A stretch of 64,000 nt of DNA from Eledone cirrhosa (lineage: Eukaryota), in NCBI GenBank assembly GCA_964016885.1, contig OZ024740.1:308326001-308390000 (forward strand), in the 5' to 3' direction. Below are positions 13,187 through 26,204 of the stretch, piece by piece. Below the pieces are notes generated by a model. It saw only the letters and a program-made list of their open reading frames with translations, had not been told where the DNA came from and searched no databases. Both the position numbers and the translations under genes were made by a program. How positions within the stretch are numbered: position 1 is the first letter of the stretch; every line of letters begins with the position of its first letter.

Positions 13187-13632
13187 ATTTTTTAATTTGT
13201 TTTGCAAGATTTCTTATCTGAAAACGTGTGTTGAAACAAATATTGTTGTACTTTGGGAGGGTCATGCTGCCAATAAAAACACAGGCACCTGTTGGTTTTT
13301 CACTTCAATTTATTATAAATTTCCGGTTGGTTGGCTGGTTGGTTCAATAACCGGGTGGTTGTTTATATATTGTCAAAGCTCTTTCGTCACACATTCTGTG
13401 ACCTCCTCAGTGACTAGGTTTTTATGAAGATGGTGTAGGACAGAACAAAGGAAAGACACAAAATAAAAGCCTAGTCACCGAGGAGGTCACAGAATGTGTG
13501 ACGAAAGAGCTTATATAAACAACCATCCAGTTATCGAACCAACCAACCAACCAGATATTTATAATAAATTGAAGTGAAAACCAACAGGTGCCTGTGTTTT
13601 TATTGGCAGCATGACCCTCCCAAAGTAAAACA

Positions 13633-13635
<3 letters not shown>
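13180..13635. mobile_element. Fold-back insert (~175-bp inverted arms + tail) between microsatellites; probable Penelope-like pLTR
   Basis: 13240-13420 inverted relative to 13466-13635; hammerhead in left arm; diverged single-arm relative at 31240-31520. Confidence 0.75.
13372..13414 (-). ncRNA. Minimal type I hammerhead ribozyme
   Basis: GUCA-CUGAGGA-GGUCACAGAAUGUGUGAC-GAAA-GAGC-UU-UGAC: intact core, stem II GUCACA/UGUGAC, stem I GUCA/UGAC. Confidence 0.75.
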
Positions 13636-13702
<67 letters not shown>

Positions 13703-13988
13703 TCCCGTGACTCCTGATGAAATCATAGGGGCGCCGTAGTATTGATGATATACAGCGTTTCTTGACCATTTTAAGGATGGTGGAGCCCACCCCTCTTCCA
13801 GAGAAGGATAGAAAGTGAGAGCGAGAAGTTGGAAAGAGATATAGAGGAAGAATTGACCCCAGTACTAGACTGGTACTTTTTTTATTGACCTCGAAAGGAT
13901 TGAAAGGTAAAGTTGACCTCGGCGGGATTTGAACTCAGTGAGCAGAGAACCGGATACAAATGGTTAATATGTTTTAATGCTAAACATA

Positions 13989-14473
13989 TCTAAACTATAA
14001 TAAAGGAAGGTCTGCGGGATTGCGTACGGTTTATTTTTTTTTTTTTATACCGTTTGTAAAATAAGTTGGATTACTTTGAATAAATAATTGATGAATATTA
14101 CATAATTTATCTACTAAATTTCGTGGCTGTTCATTAAGTATATTTTATTATTTATTTAAAGATTCACTTCTTTAAAATTTTCAAATGTCAACACTTCCGG
14201 TGGCGATCGCTTAAATAGACATATTAATTTTCTGTCACTAATTTTCTCCTAATGTAGTTTATATATAATATCGTCTTTTTTTAATGTATCATGGATTACG
14301 TTACTGATTACATAAGACAGTGTAACACAGTCTTCGTTCAATTTCTGTGTATATTGTCAATTACGATTTTATTTGATCTATCTTATCTACATGTATATAT
14401 ACTTGCGTATAATATCAATATACACACTACACATGCTAGCAGATAACCACCTGAAGGGTGGTTTTTCTGCTAG
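13989..14473 (+). mobile_element. Non-autonomous Helitron family H1
   Basis: A|TC start, terminal hairpin, CTAG|T end, no TSD; near-identical copy at 54239-54720. Confidence 0.85.
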
Positions 14474-15256
14474 TATTTATAAACATATATTGTTAAACGC
14501 GAAAATAAGACGGGAAAAAAGTGACGCAACTGCCGACCGTAATCGAACTCCATATTTGCAGTATACAGGAAAACCACATCTACCACTACATTATCAGGGC
14601 CTGACAGGTTTTAAGCAAATTTAGAGCATTCTGCAATTGTTTATCCACAGTCATATCGCGTAATTATTGTTGTTAATGGAGCAGTCACTTATCTACCACT
14701 GGATTGATCAACCCCATCCCTACCAAACATAACCTATGTCAACTGAATATTCTTGGGTCTCAAATAATCCCCCCCCCCCCCTGACCAGCTTATTAATTTT
14801 TCAGATATCCCGCCGTCCCCTCGCCTGCTTATTAAATTTTGAAATTTTATTTTAAGTGGTAGCATTCCTGCGACAAATAATTTTCTTTATACATTAAACA
14901 ACATTAAGCATGACAAAAAAAAAGGAAATTAATAAAATAAATAGGATGGTTTGGGGTTTCAATAAACGACTAATTCTGGTTTTTAAAAAACTCAACCGAG
15001 ACAACCTAGAAAAATTACCAATTTTCCATCCATCCCCTCTTATTCCCCCCCCCCCCCCATTTATTTGGGACCCGAGAGTACTTCCATACTAACTGATGCG
15101 ATACTAGACTATATGTAATGTAATATTATACTAAAGGTTCGATCCCCGTGAACGTTTCTGTCACTTTTACTGTCATATTTTCGTACATATAGATGTATTA
15201 AGTTTACGTTTATCATAAAGAGATCTTAACCATTTAATTTTTATTTTATATATATA

Positions 15257-16042
15257 CTAGCAGCAGCACCCAGCGTTGCCTGGATAGGTAAAATAATATC
15301 TGCTTTGTTGAAAAGGTGTTGATCTTAGCGACTGCTTCTCGATGATTCATCTATGGCCACACACAGGCCATACGGGGGAGGGTGGTGATGACCTCTATCA
15401 CTGAAAAACGCGGGTGACTGACGAAGGGGCATGCTGGGGGAGGGAGTTTTGAATTTGAACGAAATCGGTTGAAAAAGGTGGGAGCTAGAGCCGAAAAGGC
15501 GGAAATTTGAGCGAAAAAGGTGGTATTTTCGAATATTTAAGCGGCTGACACGCCGTTCCTGAACAAAAAATCTAAAATGTAAAGCCATTTTAAGACGTGA
15601 AATAATCATATCTAGCGTAGTGTAAAATTTGAACAAAGTAGGTTGAATGATATAGGAGCTAGAGCCCCAAAATGGTATTTTTGAATATTTAAGCGGCTGC
15701 CACGCCGTCCCTGAACAACAAATGCAAAATATAAAGCCATTACAGGATGTGCAATGATAAATTCTATTTTTCTTTAAAATTTGAACGAAATCGGTGGCAA
15801 AATGTGGGAGCTAGAGCAAAAATCTTATTTTTCGATACCTAAAAAAAGGTGCCCCCCTATCGATTTTTATCTGCAGAATGACCCCGGAATAAAAAAGAAA
15901 AACGATACGCTGATATATAGAAAACACTCCCCGATGACTAATCTATGAGCCTGTAAAGTTTCATGAAAATCGGTCGTAGTATGTAGGCCCCTATAGGTAA
16001 TACACAGACACACACACATACTTAATTTTATATATATACAGA
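15257..16042 (-). mobile_element. Non-autonomous Helitron with internal degenerate tandem repeats
   Basis: Minus strand starts TCTGTATATATATAAAA, ends with GC-rich hairpin and CTAG|T; repeated TTTGAAC(G)AAA...GGAGCTAGAGC units. Confidence 0.75.
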
Positions 16043-16049
16043 TATATAT

Positions 16050-16116
<67 letters not shown>

Positions 16117-16550
16117 TCTGTCTGCCTGTCTGCCTGTCTGCCTGTCTGCCTGTGCGTGTGCGTGTATGTGTGCATATACGTGTGCGTGTCAGTAGCCGCC
16201 ATCTTGCTTGCTAACATAGATCCAGTTTTCCCCCAAGCGTGTTCAAAATTTTCTGAAATAATTCTGAATCTATTAGAATTATCTCCCACTTCTTTTGAGA
16301 GTTGCTAACAAGCATCGCTAGGTTTTCTTTACTTTCTCCAACTAAGAGGAACATTTTAATTCATTGAGAATAGTTTGGCGTACATCATTTTATAAATCAG
16401 CCTATATCCCCGAAGAGGCTTACCGAACACTCACTTTGTTGCAACATAATAGCTATGTTGTAAAGAAATATTAAGTTAATATATATTTACTCTATTATAG
16501 ATATCGAGTTCTTCATCCTTTGATCTAAATACAACACGCACGCACACACG

Positions 16551-16590
<40 letters not shown>

Positions 16591-17619
16591 AGTGTATCTG
16601 CATGTATATATATAGGAAAAGAGTTAGGACCCCGAGGGCTGAGCTCCGGCCGATAGCAATTGAAAAGACCAATAGCAATTGAAAAGACCAATGGAAACAT
16701 TGTTCCCTCGGTCCGATTTGACGAAAGTCGATCGACTGTCAAATATATATATATATATATATCTGTGTGTGTGTGTGTGTGTGTAGGTGATTGTGAACTC
16801 ATTGAAAGACGTGCTGGGTAAGACATACATTCTTTTGGAAAGGGCGAGGCAAGGAAGCAAAAAGGGAATCAGGTCTGAGTTTTGCTATAAAAACCTCACT
16901 TGTGAATCGAGTGGAAGAGGTACACCAAGGTTTCTCAGACAGTTTTATACATTGTCGTTTGGGACTAACAAAGAAACGCTTTGCAACAATTATAAGTGTC
17001 TACACTCCCACCCTATCGCATTCTGAAGATACTATCTATCAACGACTATTGGTAGTAAATAGTGTTCCACTTGAATTTACATTGTTGATTCTTGGCGATT
17101 TCTCTGCTAGAATAGAAAGAGATATTTCAGCCTGCTCGGTGTTTTGCCTTCATGGTGAGGGAAAGTGCAATAGTAATAAAATAAAACTTAACATTTTGCA
17201 CAGAAAATAACTTTACTATAGGTAACATTTTTTTCAGCTAAAAGTAAATACAAATGCACTTGGATGCATCCTCGCTCCAAATGTCGGCACCTCTTAGATT
17301 ATGTACTAGTGAGAACTCGTTATAAGAAGGATCCCAACAGTGTAAGAGTTATGCGTGGAACTGAATGTTAGACAGATCATCACCTTGTGAATGCTAATAT
17401 CAATCTAGACATAAGATCGAAAATATATGACTGCTTCACAATTCACCAAACGCCTAAATGTAGGAGTATTGAAATCTATTGCTAAACAGACAGAATTTGA
17501 AAATATGGTAAACACCAACACTTTGAATACTCATAATTTTATGGACGAACTTTAAAGAAAAGGTGTGTGATGCAGCTTCACCTGTTCTTGGCTTTCAGAA
17601 GATGAAGTCTCGAGATTTG

Positions 17620-18455
17620 TTTGATGATAATAATGAAGAAGTATCTCTCCTCCTTTGTAGGAAGCACGAGGCCTATAAAGCCCTAACCAAATGTTGACAA
17701 TGATGAACAGCTATCTCTCCCCCTTTGTAGGAAGCACGAGACCTATAAAGCCCTAACCAAATGTTGACAATAATGAGCAGATATCTCTCCCCCTTTGTAA
17801 GAAGCACGAGACCTATAAAGCCCTAACCAAATGTTGACAATGATGAACAGCTATCTCTCCCCCTTTGTAGGAAGCACGAGACCTATAAAGCCCTAACTAA
17901 ATGTTGACAATAATGAGCAGATATCTCTCCTCCTTTGTAAGAAGCACGAGACCTATAAAGCCCTAACCAAATGTTGACAATGATGAACAGCTATCTCTCC
18001 CCCTTTGTAAGAAGCACGAGACCTATAAAGCCCTAACTAAATGTTGACAATAATGAGCAGCTATCTCTCCCCCTTTGTAGGAAGCGTGATACCTATAAAG
18101 CCCTAACCAAATGTTGACAATAATGAGCAGATATCTCTCCCCCTTTGTAGGAAGCACGAGACCTATAAAGCCCTACTAAATGTTGACAATAATGAGCAGA
18201 TATCTCTCCTCCTTTGTAGGAAGCACGAGACCTATAAAGCCCTACTAAATGTTGACAATAATGAGCAGATATCTCTCCTCCTTTGTAGGAAGCGTGATAC
18301 CTATAAAGCCCTACTAAATGTTGACAATAATGAGCAGATATCTCTCCTCCTTTGTAGGAAGCGTGATACCTATAAAGCCCTACTAAATGTTGACAATGAG
18401 AAACAGATATCTCTCCTCCTTTGTAGGTAGCATGAAGCTTATAAACCCCTACTAA
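17620..18455 (+). repeat. 70/69-bp tandem array, about 12 units, derived from RTE coding sequence
   Basis: TGTTGACAAT recurs at 17692, 17762, 17832, 17902, 17972, 18042, 18112, then 18181, 18250, 18319, 18388. Confidence 0.95.
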
Positions 18456-18544
18456 AAGCTGCAGGGGATAAATCCATTCATGTAAATATGAACCATAAAT
18501 ACAAGAATATCAAATATCTGTTCAACGGGAACTTTTATTAAAGA

Positions 18545-19145
18545 CTAGACCACCCGTGACCCATTGGGTCAAGTTCACTTCAAAATATTTTTTTAAAATC
18601 ATGTTCACTTAGAAATAATTTTTAAACAATTAAAATATACACAGACATGTATATAATGTGAAATGAAACTGGAAGGCCCATATATATACATGTGTGTATG
18701 TATATATATAAATATATATATGTATGTGTGTGTATATATATGTGGGTGTTTGTGATCTATATACACTGGTCATAGACACAGACACGCATATACACACACA
18801 CACACTCACATATATATATATATATACAACGACACCACCAGCTCTCTCTCTCTCTTCCATTCTCCTTCTCTCTCTCCCCTCCCTCTCTCTTTCAATCTAC
18901 TCTGCCACAACCACTATCTCTTCTTCTCTATCTGTCTCGCTCTTTGTTTATGAAGGTACCCGGAAAAACCCCATATCTCGGAAATCCGTGGTCCGATTTA
19001 CGCGAAACTTGTTTTATTCCATTTGTATTCCCATTTCAGGGGCAACTTCCTTTCAAAGTATTTTCCCATTATGCGCCCTTCTGGCTGTATTACATTAGAC
19101 AAACAAGCAAGCAAGCAATCAGACTTGTAGCATTATATAGATAGA
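18545..19145 (-). mobile_element. Non-autonomous Helitron family H2 inserted in the RTE
   Basis: TC start, GACCC..GGGTC hairpin, CTAG end; inverted copy at 42344-43352. Confidence 0.8.
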
Positions 19146-20369
19146 TTAGCAATGGGAAAACGGCATGCAAAGCACACGCTGCTGCAGATAAAAAAGATAT
19201 AATATCCTTTTATAGTTATATATGCGAAGTTTTTAACCCCTCTAAATCTAAATATTGCTCCCATTTAATCTAGAGATGGCAGGATACTTAACAGAGACTC
19301 AGAATCTATACAAAAGCGCTGAGTAGAACACTACATGGAAACACTAAACAGGCCCTCGGCAGTTGACATGTTTGTTATTGATCAATTACCTCAACTTTCA
19401 GTTATCACAGAATTGGATAGCATTCCACAAATAGAAGAAAATAAAAGGCTTTGCAAATACCGAGTTGTGGTAAATCGCCCGGAATAGATGGTTTACTGAA
19501 GAAATTCTTAAAGCTGGTTGAAATCATATGGTCATTATGCTTGATAAAATGATTAGTCATTCGTGGTCTACAGAAACAGTCCCTCGGGATTGGATCGATC
19601 CAACCTTTGCATCACTCTTTAAGAGTGGTAGTCATGATATGTGCGGAAATTTCCGTGGAATTTCTCTACTGTCTGTTGTCAAAAAAATCTCAGCACGCAT
19701 CATTTTGAGTCATCTTATAGAACATATTACACCAATCTCCATACCAGAACCTCAATGTGGTTTTCATCCTAATAGAGGTACAACTGACAGGGGTTTTACA
19801 GCTTAGCAGCTTCTAGAAAAACTTACAGAGCAAAGTTTGGATTTGTATCATTGCTCTATAGATCACACAAAATCTGTTGATACTGTTAATAGGACAGCGT
19901 TATGGTCGGTGTTGAAAAAGTGTGGTTCTCCTGATATATGCGTGTGTGTATATATATATATATACACACACACGCGCACGCACGCACACACAGACACACA
20001 CACACATATATATGTATGCATACATACATACAGTTATTTCCCCAAAGTTACTCATACATGTAATCCTGTATGTCATTTGTATTTATGTACAAAACATGGT
20101 AATTACATTATAACCTATTTATAGTATGTGTATGTGTGGCAGTGTGTGACGGACAGGCTGGAGAAGACACATACATACATACATACACACATACACCAGC
20201 CAGCCAGCCATATATACATAAGTACATACATACATGCATACATACATATATACATACATATATACATACATATATACATACATATATACATACATATATA
20301 TATACATATATACATACATATATACATACATATATACATACATATATACATACATATATATATACATAT

Positions 20370-20397
<28 letters not shown>

Positions 20398-20400
<3 letters not shown>

Positions 20401-20726
20401 ATATATAAGAACAAAAGATGGTTAAAGGAGTTCCATGTATTTTATTATGCGCATTTCAAAAACAAATATCATCATGCAATAATATTTGTGTTTTCATCAG
20501 ATAAAACAGGAGGACATGATATGAAGGCTAAAAAACACTTGTGGATAGTTCAGTTTTAAATCAACATATCATGATATGTTGATTTAAAACTGATAAAATT
20601 TATGGAACTCCTTTAACCATCTTTTGTTCTTATATATTATGTATACTCCAGTCCTACAAACTGTAGAGTGCTTCTTATCCGATATCTGCATTGCTTTATT
20701 GTACTACAATAAAACTCACCTCCTAC

Positions 20727-20730
<4 letters not shown>
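20398..20730. mobile_element. Fold-back insert (39-bp arms, internal 44-bp perfect palindrome, tail) between TA-rich microsatellites
   Basis: 20398-20436 = reverse complement of 20602-20640; palindrome 20550-20593; hammerhead 20440-20506. Confidence 0.75.
20440..20506 (-). ncRNA. Minimal type I hammerhead ribozyme, intact core
   Basis: UUUUAU-CUGAUGA-long stem II (AAACACAAAUAUUAUU/GAUGAUAUUUGUUUUU)-GAAA-UGCGCA-UA-AUAAAA; stem III AUGCGCAU is a perfect palindrome. Confidence 0.85.
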
Positions 20731-20769
<39 letters not shown>

Positions 20770-21020
20770 AATGTACAAGACCAGTGTTGTTGCAGCTGTA
20801 TCTTCTCCCTGCTTTCACATTCAGGATGTTCCGCTAGACCAAAGGAAGATGTGTTGAGAGGGCCTTTGCTTGCAACTACATGGTCACCTAAGACCTTTAA
20901 CGAAAACATCCTACATGCTCTATGTATTGTACAGAGCTATTTAATTGTTTTGTCTGACGAACTTGCAGGAATCATCTAGTTTCTTGAAACCTTTGATAAC
21001 GAAATAATTTTATTGTGTTG

Positions 21021-21074
<54 letters not shown>

Positions 21075-21315
21075 GAATAATCGAGTATCGGAAAATCGGC
21101 TCACGAGTTTACGATAAACAAATTCGACATGAGTGGCAGAGGGCTCAATAATTCAGATAAATCAGAGCTATAACTATCGTTAAAATACCAACACACAAAG
21201 ATTATGTCTAAAATCACCCATGCGGCCGAAAAATTACGACCAGGAAGATTCGGGTCACTCAGATAAAATATCAATAAATCAATAAATCATATGAATATAT
21301 ATATATATATATATA

Positions 21316-21839
21316 CAATTGAGCCCCGGTATTCGCGCGGGTTACGTTCCTAGAGCACCCGCGAAGAATGAAAAACTGCGAATATTGGACGTGGTCCATA
21401 AAAATGCCTATAAACGAAAAATATAACGGAAAATGTAATTTAAAAAAATGAGGGAGCGTGTTAGGCGAAGGGGCGTCCAATAGGCCGGCAAATATGGTAT
21501 ATCGTTATTAATAATTTAGCGTTGAAAATATATATATATTTGTTTCTACTTTAGGCACAAGGCCAGCAATTACCCAGTTCATTACTGGTACTTTATTTTA
21601 TCGACACCGTAAGGATGAAAGGCAAAGTCAACCTCGGCGGGATTTGAACTCAGATCGTAAAGGGACGTAACTATGCTGGAAAGCATGGCGTCCGACCCTC
21701 TACCGATACTGCCAATCCACCGCCGATATATTGCCACGAAGAAAGCCATTTAAAAAATCGCGGAAGATATTTACGATTCCGCGAATATGCGATGGTTTCC
21801 ACGAACAATAACCGGCCCTGCGAATGCTGGGATACACTG
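21316..21839. mobile_element. Tigger/pogo-like MITE containing a SINE A insertion
   Basis: TA|CAATTGAGCCCCGGTATTCGC ... GCGAATGCTGGGATACACTG|TA. Confidence 0.7.
21538..21724 (-). mobile_element. tRNA-derived SINE family A
   Basis: Full-length reverse copy. Confidence 0.9.
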
Positions 21840-22170
21840 TATCTATATATCATATAAGAGTGTATATCTGTTTATGAAGTCATATGTGATATGTTTATGA
21901 ATAATTAACATACTTGCTATTAATCTTTCAAGCTGTGATATCAGTCCTCTCAGTAATTAATGAGAATGTGTCTTTAGATTTGTATCCGTCATCGATGACA
22001 TTTACTCATTCGTTACTGAAACAAGGATCGTATATTCTTTCATATACACCCCTATTATACATACACACACATATATATATATATATAACAGCATTTAATA
22101 TAGAAATGACTTCTATAAGACTAGAACTGTTTTTATTCGAAGGAAATCATCAGGAAAAGTTGACTTGCAT

Positions 22171-22344
22171 TATCGGTAGAGGGTCGGACGCTATGCTTTG
22201 ACGCATTGAGTTACGACCCTTGCCATTCTGAGTTCAAATCCCGCCGAGGTTAACTTTGCCTTTCATCCTTACGGGGTTGATAAAATAAAGTACCAGTAAT
22301 ACACTGGGTTATTGCTGGCCTTGTGCAAAATGTAGAAACAGTTA
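22171..22344 (+). mobile_element. tRNA-derived SINE family A
   Basis: Slightly 5'-truncated copy. Confidence 0.9.
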
Positions 22345-22475
22345 AAATACGGTGGTATTTATATTGTTACTGGTGGGTGGGAAAGGTGGGGATTTTAAGA
22401 CTGGGTGGGTCATTGGCTGATAAATCTTTAGGAACTGAGATTCTTTGAAAAAAACTATTTTTATAAATATATAAA

Positions 22476-22566
22476 TAATTGTTTCTACTTTTGGCACAAG
22501 GCCAGCAAATACCCAGTGCATTACTGGTACTTTATTTCATCGACCCCGTAAGGATGAAAGGCAAAT
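22476..22566 (-). mobile_element. SINE family A 3' half
   Basis: Reverse copy truncated at the core. Confidence 0.85.
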
Positions 22567-22689
22567 ACGAAAACGAAGATAAAAAGCAGGTTCATATACA
22601 CACTTTAATACCTATAGAATGTTATACATACTGACGCCCGCATATTTTAAAGTAAACAAAAGGAATTTATATTGGCTAGTGTTTGGCCA

Positions 22690-23388
22690 GAGAAATTTTG
22701 GTAGTATCTGTCAAATCAATTATCAGTGGATCGCAAACAACAGATATATATATGTATATATATTTATCAAAATCTTGAATCAGCTGTTGATATGTTGCAG
22801 GCGCCAGTTTTTTGAAGTCCACAGATCCGGTTTCGTGTGTTGAACCTGCATAACGGGGATTTCTTGATAGCATTCATTTGTGCGTATTCATGATACACAA
22901 CTCCTCGATAGTCGGGAAAAAAAAGTCAGGATCACCTTGATTTTTGCTCTGCATCAGACGTGTTTCTTTGTTTTTTTTTTTTGTTTTTTTTTTTGTTTTT
23001 TGGTCTTGGTGACGTTTCATGCCTCCATTGTGATGACTGATTTGGTTTCCCATTAGTACTCGTAAATCCACACTGAATCAAGGTTTTTTTTTTAATTGAG
23101 ACAACTAATCAGGTTAAAAAATAGAAAATCAAAAGTAAAAACAAAATCTCTAGTTATCACGGTATTCAGTTCCTCAGGATTCTTGTTGGCAGTATCGAAC
23201 GAATGAAAATATGAGTAAGTAGTACAGCGCCCCACACATTGGCTGCCTGGAAATAACTGACGAGTCCATCAAGCTCGTCAAAAACCACACATGCACACGA
23301 ATGTATGCAGCTACACGCTATGCACTTTTGTCTCCCTAACGTTATTATTTTCTTTAAATAAAAAAAAGTCGGATACTTTTTCGACATA
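22690..23388 (-). mobile_element. Mariner-like transposon 5' remnant
   Basis: TIR-like TATGTCGAAAAAGTATCCGAC on minus strand; decayed HTH-like remains. Confidence 0.4.
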
Positions 23389-24777
23389 ATTTTTATCCAC
23401 CTTCAGTGACATTTACTGTCTCAGTAGTGAATCAAGAATAAGCTACAGCTTATTTACTGACGTAACTGTAACATGACAAAACAACAAAGACGTTGATTAT
23501 TGACCTTTGAGGTGTTGAAATGAAATATATCTATATGATGTAGTTTAAGGATAATTTGGTTGTTCTTGTAGCAGGCTGGACGATCACAAAAAGGTTTCTT
23601 TGTTAGTGTAGGATGGTATTGAGGGAATGATGCAATCAGTGTGTAGCGAAATTATCACAGCAATACGAAACGTAGGCTAAAATAGTATCATCACTGGAAA
23701 TAGCTATAGTCAAACCTACGTGTATCTACAATCGAGCCAGTTTCGTTTTCATTCTATTCCGATTGACTGTCACAACTAAGTCAAGGCATGGTATTTACCA
23801 AGGCGATATCTTATCTTAACCAATATTTCCGCATTCACACATTCACTCACAAATTCCACATCACAACAAAATACTCTTATATATGAACACTACTCTTAGC
23901 AACTTGTTGACGAAGCACTCTGTTATATCAAACCTTTTATGTAATCTGACTGTGTTACATTTTACTACAAGGTTTCGTCGCATTCCATGGCACAAATAAA
24001 GATATACAAGTTAGCAGCTTTGGTTGCCTTGTTGGTGTGTCTCAATTTATTATTTGTTCTGATCGCTTTTCCCACACCAATCAACACGTACAACACATTG
24101 ACCAACACAACAATCACAACAACCAACATTTTTGCTTAATGTGCATAACACAAAATATGAGTATCTTAAGAGAAGGACAGCGGCTATTACAACCTCTTAA
24201 CGAAGAAATTTAAAGCAGTCATTTTTCATTAAAAATATATGAATACAATTTAAGATTATTTCTTCTAGTAGAATATACAAAATACTGCTAGTGTCTTGTT
24301 ACAGAATAAACTTATATTTATTTGCTGCTCGAGACCCAAGCCGATTATCTGGTAAAAAGAAAAAAAACTCTTTAACTTTTAAAGAATGTTTATAAACTTA
24401 CAATGTTTATAATACCGACAGAATGATGACATTTCTAAAATTTTATTTTATCATTTTTTATTATTCCAATTTCCAGACGACAGGTTTGTTACATACAATT
24501 TATCATTCACGACGTACCAGTATAGGATATGTGTCAGGGTTTTGTCTATTAGAGGTCACAATTTGTCTATCAATGTATTGTTATATTAGATGATAAGTTG
24601 ATATACATGTGTGTATATGTATGTTTATGCGAGAAAGAGGAGAAAGAGATAGAGAGAAGAGAACGAGGCACACAGAGATAAAGAGAGGGTGAAAATAAAA
24701 ATGATACCCAGAAAAATACGAAAATGAACCGATAAGATTAAGTAAACAAAAATGTATGTTTGTATGTACATACATAC

Positions 24778-25118
24778 ATGATGATGGCTGCCCCCTCGTT
24801 ATCGAGTATGGCCATTGCACGATATACCATTATTAATAATAATTAATTAATTCTATCGTGCAATGCCTGTGCGTGAAGATATTTTTTAAAGTGAGGAAAG
24901 TCTGTGCACTGAGCCAATCCCACTCTCTGAACGACAGTAGCTATAACCCGAAAAGAAGAAAAGATCAACATCATCGGTAACTACTGAGCCGCAGGTTTTA
25001 TATCGGAGTTATCCCAGTTTCCTGAGTTGCCTTCTCCTAGAATAATGCCCTGAGAAAGGCTAGGGGTCCTTCACTCCCGGTGGTTTAACCGCGCGATCGG
25101 GTGTCCAGCCCGACTATT
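24778..25118 (-). mobile_element. Non-coding retroposon, probably RTE-derived (3' part); diverged relative of 46150-46765
   Basis: Shares TGGCTGCC..CTCGTT.TCGAGTA.GGCCA, CCCACTCTC, TCAACATCAT.GG, CCTTCTCCTAGAAT blocks. Confidence 0.6.
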
Positions 25119-25364
25119 TCTATGTCCCCGCGCATATACATACACATGCACACATGCATATACACATATACACACACATGTACATGTGTATATACATATT
25201 TACACACTTTTACATACATACATATATACATACATACATACAAACACATGCATATATACTTACATACACACACACAAACATATATACATACATGCGATGT
25301 GCTCTCTCTCACTCTCTATGGAGAGTGGTGGAGAGAAAGAGGGAGAGAGAGGGTGAGAGAGTGA

Positions 25365-25425
<61 letters not shown>

Positions 25426-25427
25426 CG

Positions 25428-25547
<120 letters not shown>

Positions 25548-25584
25548 TGTGTGTGTTTTCTATTTCAGTCTACATAAATAACTA

Positions 25585-25835
25585 CGCTCCTTATTCTACC
25601 TTTGGCACCACACAGTGACGTCCTGTTCGGGGGTTGATCCTGCTCTCAATGCCAAAGTTTGGTGCTAGTCCCTCCAGGATTTTCCATATGTATATCTCTG
25701 CGTATCTCTCCCGTCTTCGTTCCAAGGAGTAGAGTTTCAGTTGTTTTACCCTCTCCCAGTAGCTCATCTCCTTCATCATGGCAATCCTCCTGGTGTAGCT
25801 TCGTTGGATTACCTCAAGCTCCACTGTTGGGAGCA
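25585..25835 (-). mobile_element. CR1/L2-group LINE C-terminal fragment
   Basis: LEVIQRSYTRRI...SYWERVKQLKLYSLERRRERYAEIYIWKILEG. Confidence 0.75.
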
Positions 25836-26204
25836 TATATATACATATATAAATATATATATGGTCGTCCTCAGGTCTCTGATTTTCAGCCCCATGGATT
25901 TTGTCTATTATATTCCTTTGTTATATTTCAAATACCTGATGATAGCGTTCCGTGTCAGAGCTCAACTCGAAAGGAGCAAATAGGTTATAATAACGTGAGA
26001 GAAACGTGAGCAATTTGCAGATAAAAGAAGTTCTTGGAAACAGTCATAAACCAAATATCAACAGCAGATACGAGTTACGACAGATCGTCGATTCAAGACA
26101 CTTCTTCGTTTGTCATTTGAAAAACAAATTGAAAAACATTTGAAATATGAAATATAGTGCGTAAAAACGTTTTTTTTTTTGTTTTATCACTATTATTTTT
26201 GGGT

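Larger units (their letters stand above)
16785..19935 (+). pseudogene. RTE (BovB-like) LINE, decayed APE endonuclease + RT N-half, interrupted by a 70-bp array and a Helitron
   Basis: ISVYTPTL, ILGDFSARI, GKCNSN, TWMHPRSK..HLLDYVLVR, TDHHLV, GKSPGIDG, CGNFRGISLLS, PEPQCGFHPNRGTTD, IDHTKSVDTVNR. Confidence 0.9.

Noticed and set aside
17620-18455. CRISPR-like array
   Set aside because: No unique spacers; whole 70-bp units repeat and derive from LINE coding sequence; eukaryotic context with no cas genes.
20950-21010. Hammerhead at CTGACGA...GAAA (also weak hits near 30700, 43850-43890, 56765)
   Set aside because: Could not build stems I-III in register.
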